This document shows, in pieces, positions 7,720 to 17,059 of a stretch of 64,000 nucleotides of DNA. Location: the IMG/VR virus record IMGVR_UViG_3300045988_175656; one strand, written 5' to 3'. Origin of the DNA: a virus. How positions within the stretch are numbered: the stretch's first letter is position 1; each line of letters opens with the position of its first letter. The position numbers and the translations under genes were made by a program. The notes beneath the pieces were generated by a model, which had not been told where the DNA came from, made no database searches, and saw only the letters and a program-made list of their open reading frames with translations.

Positions 7720-8313
7720 ATGAGAAAAATTAAAATAACTAAAGAGCAACATGAATTGGCTATTAAGGAAGCTGTAAGTTTAACTGTTAATACAGGGTCA
7801 ACAAATGGCAATATAAATCAAGCTATACAAAATACAAAACGTGACGCACAAAGAGATGGCATTAACCCAAATAAAGTAGGATATAATATACCAGCACAAG
7901 AAAGTGTTGTTGTTTCTAAAAAGGCTATAAAAGAAATGCGTATAAAAAACCTTTTAAAAAATGCAACAGTTTTAACCAAAAAAGAAATTAGTGAAAAAAT
8001 TAATGGTAAGTTAAATGAAAGCTCTGATTCTATTATGTATAGTGACTTGATTAATAGTGAAGTTATGAGTTTATCAGACGAAATTAAACAAGCAAAAGAA
8101 AATTATACTAATGCAATTAGCATGTTTTTCGATACATTATTTAAACAAGGACGTGATATGAAAACGATAAATAAAATTATTAGTATGGCTGATTTAACAA
8201 AATACATCCCAAAGGCTGAAATTAATCGCAAAGAATCCGAATTTAAAAATGCTCAAAACATGGCTAAACAAAATATTAAAGACCAACAAAAAGAAGTTAA
8301 ACAAGGTGTATGA
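7720..8313 (+). CDS. Hypothetical protein
   Basis: ORF with an ATGA overlap to the next gene. Confidence 0.55.
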   Translation: MRKIKITKEQHELAIKEAVSLTVNTGSTNGNINQAIQNTKRDAQRDGINPNKVGYNIPAQESVVVSKKAIKEMRIKNLLKNATVLTKKEISEKINGKLNESSDSIMYSDLINSEVMSLSDEIKQAKENYTNAISMFFDTLFKQGRDMKTINKIISMADLTKYIPKAEINRKESEFKNAQNMAKQNIKDQQKEVKQGV

Positions 8314-9512
8314 AAAAAATAATAGTTAAACAAAATATGCTTATTGAAGGTTTGATTAATGATAACAAAGATGATATTAAATTACCAAAACATTTAGTAA
8401 AATCTTTGTCAAACCATAAGACATCTTTAGGAGACCACCCATCGTTTCCACCTGAAGATGAAGATTGTTTTGACTACAAAATCGTTAATAAAAGATTCAA
8501 GCATTTATACGATGAACTGAGTAAATTTGATGACATTGGAGAACTAAGTGAAGAGAATTTAACAAATGTCCTTGGCAAATTAGTACATGAATGTCAAAAG
8601 ATTGAAAAACCTTTAAAAGATAACTTGGAAAAGCTATGTACTAATTTAGTAAATGATTTGTTTAATATACCTAAAGATTCTATATCTTTTAGTTGTGAAT
8701 TAGTGGATAGAATAGATAATTCTGGAAAAAGATTAACACCTGAAAAAACTGATGATATTGAAGTAGATGGTGTTGAAGATTTAGATAGATTATCTAAAGA
8801 GGTTTATAAAAGACGTTTAGTTAATTCGTTAATACAAGGGGCAGCACTTAAATATTCAAGTGATATTCAAGCATTTGTTAAAGACATATATGCGTTGAAT
8901 TATAAATTGCCAACATTATATGAAAAAATAACTAAAATAAACAGTTTTTTATTATTTTTTAAAGCTGATATTGATGATGAAAAGTCAAGAACTGATGCTG
9001 GTAATGTAGATGTTCATCTTGGTAATGATGTTGAACAAGCTACCATTGAAGCGAAAGGCATTATATTTCCAATTCTTTTAAACGAATCATTTAGAGGGTT
9101 TTTAGAATTGTTTGCTGCACATGGTTTACCTGAGAAAAGAGAGGACGCTTTGTATGTCATTAAAAAATCTGATTTTTTACTAGCTGAACCTTGGGACATG
9201 AGATTAGGATATTCATTATGGGAAATGGTTAGTGATATAATAAAAGTTGATTCATTTGACCCAGTTGAAGTTGGAATACCATTTATTTTTACAGAATTAG
9301 TTTCATTACCTGCTGATGAATTCCATCAATTTATGAAAGAAATTTTTGCAAAGACAAAAAAAGGTAAAGAAGCAATGAGAGAAATGATTCAATTTATATT
9401 ACATGAAAAAGAAAAAGATGATTTTGATGCATATTTAGATGATAAAAACAGTCAAGTTGCTGTTATTGGAGATGATGAATGTTTTCTACCTGAAGAACTT
9501 GATTATATTTAA
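8310..9512 (+). CDS. Hypothetical protein
   Basis: Long ORF translationally coupled to the previous gene, with a terminator downstream. Confidence 0.6.
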   Translation: MKKIIVKQNMLIEGLINDNKDDIKLPKHLVKSLSNHKTSLGDHPSFPPEDEDCFDYKIVNKRFKHLYDELSKFDDIGELSEENLTNVLGKLVHECQKIEKPLKDNLEKLCTNLVNDLFNIPKDSISFSCELVDRIDNSGKRLTPEKTDDIEVDGVEDLDRLSKEVYKRRLVNSLIQGAALKYSSDIQAFVKDIYALNYKLPTLYEKITKINSFLLFFKADIDDEKSRTDAGNVDVHLGNDVEQATIEAKGIIFPILLNESFRGFLELFAAHGLPEKREDALYVIKKSDFLLAEPWDMRLGYSLWEMVSDIIKVDSFDPVEVGIPFIFTELVSLPADEFHQFMKEIFAKTKKGKEAMREMIQFILHEKEKDDFDAYLDDKNSQVAVIGDDECFLPEELDYI

Positions 9513-9523
9513 AATACTGATTA

Positions 9524-9556
9524 ATAGAGGGTATAGAAGCCCTCTATTTTATTTAT
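9524..9556 (+). terminator. Rho-independent terminator
   Basis: atagaggg / ccctctat stem followed by a T-rich tract. Confidence 0.65.
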
Positions 9557-9569
9557 ATGGGTATTGTTA

Positions 9570-9578
9570 ACTATTTAT
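9570..9578 (+). promoter_or_regulatory. Candidate late-promoter motif ACTATTTAT
   Basis: Exact 9-mer 22 nt upstream of the terL ATG at 9600. Confidence 0.35.
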
Positions 9579-9599
9579 ATAAATAAAAATATAAATATT

Positions 9600-11492
9600 A
9601 TGGTTTCATTACAACAAATACAAACCGAATACATAAAAAGTTATACAGATAAAACACGTAAATATTTTATCGAAAATTTTCTATCAACATTTGATGCTGA
9701 TAGAAGAAAATCTGTACCATTTAAATTATTTCCAAGACAAATTGAATTTTTAAAAAGTATAGTAAAATACCCTAATTCTATTGCTATTAAACATAGACAG
9801 GCAGGTATTACAACAGTTTCTAGCGCATGGGTAACAGCACAAATAGTTTTTGCTAGTAAAGATGCTCCTGAAACTGTATTATGTATTGGTAATAAACTTG
9901 ATATTTCTCAACAATTAGTGACAAAAATTGGTGATTTCTTAGACCAAGTTCCAAGATATTTCTGGGGAGATGAATTTTATTCACCAGACCCTAAAAGTGA
10001 GAAAAATAAAAAATCCATTTATGAGATTAGAAATAAGTCTGAACTTCAACTATTTAATGGCTGTAAAGTTGTTGCCCGTTCTTCAGGCGAAAATGCTGCT
10101 CGTGGTATATCGGCTGTTTCTATATTAATTTTTGACGAAGCAGCATTTATTGAAAATGGACTTTCTGTTTATGCACAAGCTGTTGCTGCAACTGCATCAG
10201 TAAGAGATGCAAAAATCATTATGGTATCAACGCCAAATGGTAAAGACCAACTTTATTATCGTACTTATTCCAAAGCATTAGAAAAGAAGAATAATTATAA
10301 TGCAGTAGAATTTAAGTGGTTTCAAGACCTTCGTTATAACCGTAACTTAAAATGGTATAAGAAAGATAAAGAAACTGGCGAATTTGAATGGATTAAAGAA
10401 GAAACAATAGATGCTGAAGGAAATATAAGATATAATGAAGAAAGATGGCGTGAATTAGAAAAAAATGGTTGGATTCCAACATCTCCTTGGTATGAAAATA
10501 TGTGTCAGAGTTTCAATGGTGATGAAATGAAAATTGCACAAGAATTAAATGTATCTTTCTTGGGTTCATCTGATAATGTTATTGCACCTGAAGTAATAGA
10601 GTTTCAACTTAATAATAATGTGGTTTACTTACCTGATGATTGGAATTTAAAAGACCCGTTTGTTGAAGAAACTTGGATTTGGAAAGACCCAATACCAGGA
10701 CACAGATATATTTGTGCAGTAGATGCTTCTCGTGGTGATGCTGCGGATAAAACAGCTATTGAAATTATTGATATAGATGCTAAAGATGAAAATGGTAATC
10801 CATATTTTGACCAAGTTCTTGAATATAATGGTAAAAGAACAGGTGATGAAATTGGTGAAATTGTATTTAATTATGCAACTGCTTATAATAACGCTTTAGT
10901 AGTAATAGATTGTGTTGGTGGTACAGGTGATGCAGCAGTATTAACATTAATGCGGTTAAAATACCCTAATTTATATTATGATGACCCATCATTGAAAACC
11001 TACATGATTCAAAGAAAATATAGTGAGTATAATCTTAAAGATACTGATAGACTTCCTGGTTTCCATCAATCATCTGTTCGTTATCAGATGTTAAGTAATT
11101 TTGTTACAATGGTTAAAAATAATTCATTTAGGGTTAGGTCTATTCGTGTTATTAATGAAATGGAAACATGGATTTTCAAAGGTGAAGCAAGACGTATTGA
11201 CCATATGGATGGTTGTCATGATGATACATTAACATGCATTGCGATGGCATTATTTGTACTACAATTTTCATTCTTTAAAATGGAAGATACTAAGAAAAAA
11301 GATGCTGTAATTCTAAAATCATGGGTTGTTAACAATAATATTAATTCAATAAAACGCCCAACAATAGATAATAAATCTGTTTCAATTGCCCCTGATAGAA
11401 TTTTGCCATTTTATAATAAAAAGACTTTAGACCAAAAATCTAATAAAGTAAGTGGAACTTATATGTGGCTTATTGGAAGTATAAAAAGATAA
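9600..11492 (+). CDS. terL: Terminase large subunit (T4 gp17-like)
   Basis: KHRQAGITTV P-loop region and RGISAVSILIFDEAAFIEN Walker B align with T4 gp17 SRQLGKTT / RGNSFAMIYIDECAFIPN. A C-terminal RNaseH-like nuclease region is present (CAVDASRGD...DDT). The ATG at 9600 is preferred over the TTG at 9564 in the ORF track. Confidence 0.9.
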   Translation: MVSLQQIQTEYIKSYTDKTRKYFIENFLSTFDADRRKSVPFKLFPRQIEFLKSIVKYPNSIAIKHRQAGITTVSSAWVTAQIVFASKDAPETVLCIGNKLDISQQLVTKIGDFLDQVPRYFWGDEFYSPDPKSEKNKKSIYEIRNKSELQLFNGCKVVARSSGENAARGISAVSILIFDEAAFIENGLSVYAQAVAATASVRDAKIIMVSTPNGKDQLYYRTYSKALEKKNNYNAVEFKWFQDLRYNRNLKWYKKDKETGEFEWIKEETIDAEGNIRYNEERWRELEKNGWIPTSPWYENMCQSFNGDEMKIAQELNVSFLGSSDNVIAPEVIEFQLNNNVVYLPDDWNLKDPFVEETWIWKDPIPGHRYICAVDASRGDAADKTAIEIIDIDAKDENGNPYFDQVLEYNGKRTGDEIGEIVFNYATAYNNALVVIDCVGGTGDAAVLTLMRLKYPNLYYDDPSLKTYMIQRKYSEYNLKDTDRLPGFHQSSVRYQMLSNFVTMVKNNSFRVRSIRVINEMETWIFKGEARRIDHMDGCHDDTLTCIAMALFVLQFSFFKMEDTKKKDAVILKSWVVNNNINSIKRPTIDNKSVSIAPDRILPFYNKKTLDQKSNKVSGTYMWLIGSIKR

Positions 11493-11500
11493 CTATTTAC
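11491..11500 (+). promoter_or_regulatory. Variant late-type motif AACTATTTAC
   Basis: One mismatch to the family consensus, 37 nt upstream of the portal ATG. Confidence 0.25.
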
Positions 11501-11536
11501 TTAATAATATAATAAAATTATTTTATAATAAAAAAG

Positions 11537-13582
11537 ATGCCTAAAACACCTACAATATATCAAAAGTTGACCAAAGCCATGTTTGGTGGTGGTGTTCAAT
11601 TAAATAATTCTGATATGAATCAAAGTAAAAATGTAACTGTAAATTCATATCATATGAGTCCTAATTCTGATGATATTATATTCAGAACAAAAGATAAAGA
11701 AGAATACGAACAACAATTATTACAAAAGAAACAACAGAAATTATTAAATAATATGTGGGTTAAAGCTAATGTTCAATTAGCTAATAATTCATTAATGGGA
11801 CTAAACCCAATTAGAATGATGTATCGAGATGCTGACTTGATGGATGGTTTTCCAGAAATAGGTGCTGCATTAGATATTGTTGCTGAAGAATCTTGTGTGA
11901 TTAATGATAAATCAAATATTATTAATGTAACTTCTAAATCTGAACGTATTAAATCTATTTTAGAAGATTTATTTGTAAATCGTTTAGATATTCATGTTAT
12001 GTTGCCAATGATATGTCGTTCAATGTGTAAATATGGTAATAATTTTATGTTACTTAATGTTAATGACCAAAATGGCGTTATGGGATGGAAACAATTACCT
12101 GTATATGAAATGGAAAGATATGAATATGGAATGAATAACCCATATTCAACAACAAATTTAAATACTGATATTGGAGATGTTGATACATCAACTAAATTTG
12201 TTTGGGTTGGTCAAAATGAATACATTCCTTATCGAAATTGGCAGGTTGCTCATTTTAGATTACTTTATGATTCATTGTTTTTACCATATGGTATATCATA
12301 TTTAAACAAAGCCAGAAGACATTGGAGAATGTTATCTTTAATGGAAGATATGATGTTAATTTATCGTTTAGAACGTTCTGTTGAAAGACGTGTATATAAA
12401 ATATTTGTTGGAAATATTGATGATGCTGATGTACCTGCTTATGTTAATCAAATTGCTGATAATTTCAAACGTACCCCAATTGTAGACCCTGCAACTGGTC
12501 AAGTTGATTTAAGAAAAAATATTCTTGATGTTTCACAAGATATTTTCATTCCTGTTAGAGATGAAGCTGCGCCAAATCCAATTGACACACTACCAGCAGC
12601 ACAAAATTTAACAGCAATGGATGATATTAAATTTGTTCAAAATAAAGTATTAACAGCATTAAGAATGCCTAAAACATTTCTTAATTTTGAAGAAACAGCA
12701 GGAGATGGTAAAAACCTTTCATTAATGGATATTAGATTTACAAGAACTATATCTCGTATTCAACAAGCCTTGTTAATGGAATTAACTAAGATTGCTACAA
12801 TTCACCTATATTTATTAGGTTTTACTGATGATTTAACAAATTTTAATTTAACAATGAACAATCCATCTTCACAGGCTGAAATGATGGAAATTGAAAATCT
12901 AAGTAAAAAAATACAAGCGGCACAGATGGCTGTTGCTGACCCTGGAAATGGTATTCCAATTATGTCTTGGACAGGTGCATTAAAGAAAATTATGAAATGG
13001 GATGATAATGAAATTAGCGAAAACTTAAAAGAAATAAGACTTGAAAGGGCATTAGCAATGGAATTAATTAAAACATCTCAAATTATTAAGAAAACAGGTC
13101 TATTTGACCCAGTTGACCGATTATATGGAGAACCTGGTGCTGAATATTCTGAAGGTAATCCTGAAGAAGAAGGTATGGCAGGTGAAGCTGGTGGAAGTGC
13201 AGGTGGAACACCTGATTTTGGTGGCGATATTAGCGGTGGAATTGGTGATATGGAAGGTGAAGATGTAGGACAAGAAGGAGAAATGCCAATGACTGATGCT
13301 ATGAAAGATGAAAGTGGTAACAATGCTAATGTACAAGAGCCTAATCTTGGAGAAATGATTACCAAACATTTAAGTGGCACTTTACTATCAGAAAAGAAAA
13401 GAGTAATGGAAGATATTAAGAAAAAACAAGAAAAATATTATAACATATATTTAGACCATTTATATAAGAAAGAAACAATAAAAGAAGAAAAAGAAAGAAC
13501 TCCTATTATTGATAAAACTTTTTTAGTAAATCAAGAGCTTAATGATATTGCTGAGGAACTAGAGAAACATATAAACAAATAA
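11537..13582 (+). CDS. Portal protein (T4 gp20-like) with a Gly/acid-rich C-terminal extension
   Basis: RRHWRMLSLMEDMMLIYRLERSVERRVYKIFVGN and TLPAAQNLTAMDDIKFVQNKVLTALRMPK resemble the conserved gp20 core. The gene sits next to terL. Confidence 0.85.
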   Translation: MPKTPTIYQKLTKAMFGGGVQLNNSDMNQSKNVTVNSYHMSPNSDDIIFRTKDKEEYEQQLLQKKQQKLLNNMWVKANVQLANNSLMGLNPIRMMYRDADLMDGFPEIGAALDIVAEESCVINDKSNIINVTSKSERIKSILEDLFVNRLDIHVMLPMICRSMCKYGNNFMLLNVNDQNGVMGWKQLPVYEMERYEYGMNNPYSTTNLNTDIGDVDTSTKFVWVGQNEYIPYRNWQVAHFRLLYDSLFLPYGISYLNKARRHWRMLSLMEDMMLIYRLERSVERRVYKIFVGNIDDADVPAYVNQIADNFKRTPIVDPATGQVDLRKNILDVSQDIFIPVRDEAAPNPIDTLPAAQNLTAMDDIKFVQNKVLTALRMPKTFLNFEETAGDGKNLSLMDIRFTRTISRIQQALLMELTKIATIHLYLLGFTDDLTNFNLTMNNPSSQAEMMEIENLSKKIQAAQMAVADPGNGIPIMSWTGALKKIMKWDDNEISENLKEIRLERALAMELIKTSQIIKKTGLFDPVDRLYGEPGAEYSEGNPEEEGMAGEAGGSAGGTPDFGGDISGGIGDMEGEDVGQEGEMPMTDAMKDESGNNANVQEPNLGEMITKHLSGTLLSEKKRVMEDIKKKQEKYYNIYLDHLYKKETIKEEKERTPIIDKTFLVNQELNDIAEELEKHINK

Positions 13583-13596
13583 CTAAACTAATAAAT

Positions 13597-13630
13597 AAAA
13601 GCCTATGTAACAGTAGGCTTTTATTATTTT
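13597..13630 (+). terminator. Rho-independent terminator
   Basis: agccta / taggct stem followed by a T-rich tract. Confidence 0.55.
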
Positions 13631-13635
13631 GGATT

Positions 13636-13656
13636 AATATTTATATTAAAAAATAA
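13636..13656 (+). promoter_or_regulatory. Candidate late promoter AATATTTATATTAAAAAATAA
   Basis: Close relative of the elements at 5231 and 19391. It lies 7 nt upstream of the ATG at 13663. Confidence 0.4.
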
Positions 13657-13662
13657 TTTATT

Positions 13663-14622
13663 ATGAACGAAAATTTGCAGAAAGCAGAAGAATTAATGAA
13701 ACAAGCATTAATTGCTTATCATAATGGAAATTTTGAGCAAGGAGATTTATTAAGACAAAAATCTAATGAATTATTTGATTTAGGAAAAAATGATATAGAA
13801 AATACACAAAATAATATCAGTAGTTTATACGGAGAAAATAAAAACTTTGGTATCATTCATAAAGTATTTGAAAGCAATTCACCTGAATTATATAAATCAA
13901 AAAGTGGACGTAAAGTGATTGCTTCTTATATTAAGACAATCAAAGAAGATAAAAATCTTTTATCTCAATTTCAATTATATAATACATTGTATAATGTACA
14001 TGATTTAGCTGATAGTGAAAAATTTGTCAATGAAGCTTTATCTATAATTCCAAATCTTAAATTAAATGATGTATTAGAATCAAATCAAAAATTAATTGAT
14101 ATTATACAAAAAAATAATTTAAACGAAGAAATTGAAATTGATGATAAAACTGAAAATTTATTTGAATCAATTGAATATGTGATAACAAATAAAAAAACTT
14201 TCAAAACATTAGCTGGCTACATTAATGCAACAAGTAATATCACATCTTTTATTAATGAAAATAAAAACAACAATAGTAATTTAATTGATGAAAACCAAGA
14301 TATTGATATTACATTAGATGGTTTCTTACATGAAATGGAAGAAAAATATAGTAATGTACTAACTGAAGAAGAAAAAACATTTGTACAAGAATTGGTTGAT
14401 GCTAAATCAGATTCAAAAACTGAAAAACAAAAAAAGATATTTACCAAATGCAAAAATGAAGCTTTAGAAGCTATTAATGACGTTCTAAGAGAAGCTGAAG
14501 GTAATGTTAAGGAAAAACTATTATCTATCAAAGAACGTGTTTTAAATAGAGAATTTAGCGAATCTTCTTTAGTAAAAGATGTAGCTGAAATGTTAGAAAT
14601 AAAAGACACATTAAGCGAATAG
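13663..14622 (+). CDS. Hypothetical protein in the portal-to-protease interval (position of T4 prohead-core genes)
   Basis: ORF with a late-type motif upstream. No recognisable catalytic motif. Confidence 0.6.
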   Translation: MNENLQKAEELMKQALIAYHNGNFEQGDLLRQKSNELFDLGKNDIENTQNNISSLYGENKNFGIIHKVFESNSPELYKSKSGRKVIASYIKTIKEDKNLLSQFQLYNTLYNVHDLADSEKFVNEALSIIPNLKLNDVLESNQKLIDIIQKNNLNEEIEIDDKTENLFESIEYVITNKKTFKTLAGYINATSNITSFINENKNNNSNLIDENQDIDITLDGFLHEMEEKYSNVLTEEEKTFVQELVDAKSDSKTEKQKKIFTKCKNEALEAINDVLREAEGNVKEKLLSIKERVLNREFSESSLVKDVAEMLEIKDTLSE

Positions 14623-14626
14623 TAAT

Positions 14627-16354
14627 ATGACAGCATATGAACGTTTTCAAAAAGACCAGACATTTCGTTATAGAATTATCGGAATGTTAGCTCAACAAGG
14701 GTATATCTTTCATGGCACTAATGAAAAATTTGATGCTTTTGATTCAAATCAAATTAAGGGTGGTAGTAGAGGAAGAGAGGGATATGGAGCATATTTCACT
14801 AATGAAGCTTACAAAGCTGAAGAATATGGTAACGAATTTGTGATATTATCAACTAAAGGTATGAATATTGTTGATAGTAATAATACCTTTAGCCAATTAA
14901 ATATTATATCACCATATGACATAAGAAATAGAATTGAACAATTAAATTATCAATTGGATTATGTTAGAAATAATCGTAATTATAATGCCATTAATAATGA
15001 AATTGAACAATATAAAACTTATTTAAATAAGTTATTATCAGGTATTGCCTATAATGATTATGAATTATTATCAACATATGACTTTAAACCATTAAACGGT
15101 GATTCAACAATCTATAAAATTTTGTCTTTTGCTTATACTAAATTATCTTCAACAGGTATGAAAAGCATTAGTCAAATATTACTTAATATGGGAATTGATG
15201 GTTATATTATTGGAAATGTTTATGTTATCATCAATTTTGAAAAATTAAATAATAATATTGTTAAAGATAAAGAAAGTCTTATCAATAGTATGATAAATGA
15301 AAATAAAATGAAAAAAGTTGTTACTTTAAAAAGAAAAGATGTAAATGAAATGGTAGAATCTATTATTTCTAGAATATTGATGGAGAATAGTAATGAATGT
15401 GGAATGGCTGAAGCTGATAATCCAGATACTTCATCTGAAGAAAGAAGAGATAATAATTCACATTATGCTGTTGATAAAAACGGCAAAATATTAATGGGAT
15501 GGGACCACGGAGATAAAGAGCCTGACCAATTAAAAAAATATCCAGAAAATTACTTTTGGAAAGATGTAAAAGATTTAGGAGTTGACCCTTATAGTGTTAA
15601 AATACATACTAAAGGATGGTTGGAAAAACATGGTTTAGACCCAAATAATGAAAATAATTGGGATAGAACACATACATCAAACAAAGGTAGCGTTGATTTC
15701 AATGAAGGTGATGAAAAAGAAGATTTATTAAAAAAAGCTGATAACGCACATTCTTGGAATAAATTTGACCGTATGGTAGCCAATAATAGCACCAAAAATA
15801 GGGGGAAAGTAAGTCCAACCAACCATTATGGAGATGAAAATTTGAATGTTCATGATGACAAAGGTAAAATGGCTATGGCAGTCATGCATCCCTCTCCTGT
15901 TATATCTAATATGGCAAAGAAAATGACTGGCTCAACAATGAATTCAATTGAGAACGAAGGTGTAAATGAGGAATTACATGATGTTATACACAAAGAAGGA
16001 GATGATTGGAAAATTAGAGGACATAAAGGAAAAGGGGACAATGAAAAAGATGGTGATTGGAAAGCAAATTACAAATCAAAAGCATCTGCTGAAGCCGCAT
16101 TAAGAGGTTATTTTGCACAAAAAGAATCAAAAAATAAAAAAGGTAATAAAATAGATGAAGCCACATATGATATGACTGACAATGGAGATGAACAATCAGC
16201 ATTGTTAAAAGAAATATCTAAATTATGTGATTTTGGTATTGATATGACTGAAAAAGGAAATGTAACTTCTGCTGGTGGCGCATTTATTCAAATAAAAGAA
16301 TTGGCTCATAAAATTTATTTGTCTAATAAAGATAATGCAGTTTATTCATATTAA
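14627..16354 (+). CDS. Large head-module protein with an N-terminal ADP-ribosyltransferase-like (H-Y-E / ART-PolyVal-like) region; tentative
   Basis: YIFHGTNEKFDAFD...GYGAYFTNEAYKAEEYG...GIDGYIIGNVYVII resembles the HG[ST] / G-x-YF[ST] / A-x-x-Y pattern of polyvalent-protein ART domains. The catalytic Glu is not evident. Confidence 0.6.
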   Translation: MTAYERFQKDQTFRYRIIGMLAQQGYIFHGTNEKFDAFDSNQIKGGSRGREGYGAYFTNEAYKAEEYGNEFVILSTKGMNIVDSNNTFSQLNIISPYDIRNRIEQLNYQLDYVRNNRNYNAINNEIEQYKTYLNKLLSGIAYNDYELLSTYDFKPLNGDSTIYKILSFAYTKLSSTGMKSISQILLNMGIDGYIIGNVYVIINFEKLNNNIVKDKESLINSMINENKMKKVVTLKRKDVNEMVESIISRILMENSNECGMAEADNPDTSSEERRDNNSHYAVDKNGKILMGWDHGDKEPDQLKKYPENYFWKDVKDLGVDPYSVKIHTKGWLEKHGLDPNNENNWDRTHTSNKGSVDFNEGDEKEDLLKKADNAHSWNKFDRMVANNSTKNRGKVSPTNHYGDENLNVHDDKGKMAMAVMHPSPVISNMAKKMTGSTMNSIENEGVNEELHDVIHKEGDDWKIRGHKGKGDNEKDGDWKANYKSKASAEAALRGYFAQKESKNKKGNKIDEATYDMTDNGDEQSALLKEISKLCDFGIDMTEKGNVTSAGGAFIQIKELAHKIYLSNKDNAVYSY

Positions 16355-16386
16355 AAAAAAATCTTTAAAACTATTGACTTTTTTGA

Positions 16387-16415
16387 TTTTTAACATATAT
16401 TATATATGTTAAAAA
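16387..16415. promoter_or_regulatory. Perfect 29-nt palindrome (possible operator or RNA hairpin) 11 nt upstream of the ATG at 16427
   Basis: tttttaacatatat-t-atatatgttaaaaa, two 14-nt arms around a single central T. Confidence 0.4.
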
Positions 16416-16426
16416 TATATTAAGAA

Positions 16427-16867
16427 ATGAAACGTTTAAATAAAGAATATAATATGGATATTAATCCAAGTTTTAAAACTAAATATGGTTCAACGAATCA
16501 TAAAAAACCAGAGGTGATATATATTGTTGGGAATACATATATATCACCTTCTTTTGAGTCTAATGATTATGTAAGTGAAGTTAATGAATTAAAAACTTCA
16601 TATAATAAATTGGTTAGTGAATTAATATCTGAGTATAGTTCAATATTTGATAAAAACTGTATATTTGATATTGATGTGTGCGATAATAGAATAAAAAAGG
16701 GCAAAAAAACATTTTTAACTTTTGAATTATATCTTAAACAAAAAGATTGTAAACAATTGCCTGAAATAGAATCAATAATTAAAAACATATCCATTAATTT
16801 AACTTACAACTTTAAAGAAAAACTATACACTAAAAATTTCTTATGTTTTAGAAATAAAAAATCTTAA
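16427..16867 (+). CDS. Hypothetical protein
   Basis: ORF in the head-module orientation. Confidence 0.55.
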   Translation: MKRLNKEYNMDINPSFKTKYGSTNHKKPEVIYIVGNTYISPSFESNDYVSEVNELKTSYNKLVSELISEYSSIFDKNCIFDIDVCDNRIKKGKKTFLTFELYLKQKDCKQLPEIESIIKNISINLTYNFKEKLYTKNFLCFRNKKS

Positions 16868-16994
16868 AATGTTTGCATTTTAGAAAAAAATTTATATAAC
16901 TATATACTAGTTTTATATATTATAATATATTATATAATATACTAGTAATACTATTTATTTTGATAAAAACAAATTTTTTATCTTAATATTATTT

Positions 16995-17021
16995 AAAAGC
17001 CTGATATATATCAGGCTTTTG
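16995..17021 (+). terminator. Rho-independent terminator
   Basis: agcctgata / tatcaggct stem flanked by AAAA and TTTT. Confidence 0.7.
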
Positions 17022-17059
17022 TAATTTTACAAATATATTTATTGTTAAAAAATACTTTA

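Noticed and set aside
9578-9597. Two exact copies of the T4 late promoter TATAAATA just upstream of terL.
   Set aside because: At this base composition the 8-mer is expected dozens of times per window by chance, and it is absent upstream of MCP, scaffold and fibre genes. The A[AC]TATTTAT family explains the data better.
16890-16960. Short direct repeats in the AT-rich spacer, considered as a CRISPR-like or minisatellite array.
   Set aside because: There are only two 10-nt copies, with no regular repeat-spacer periodicity and no cas genes. It is treated as a possible cis element instead.
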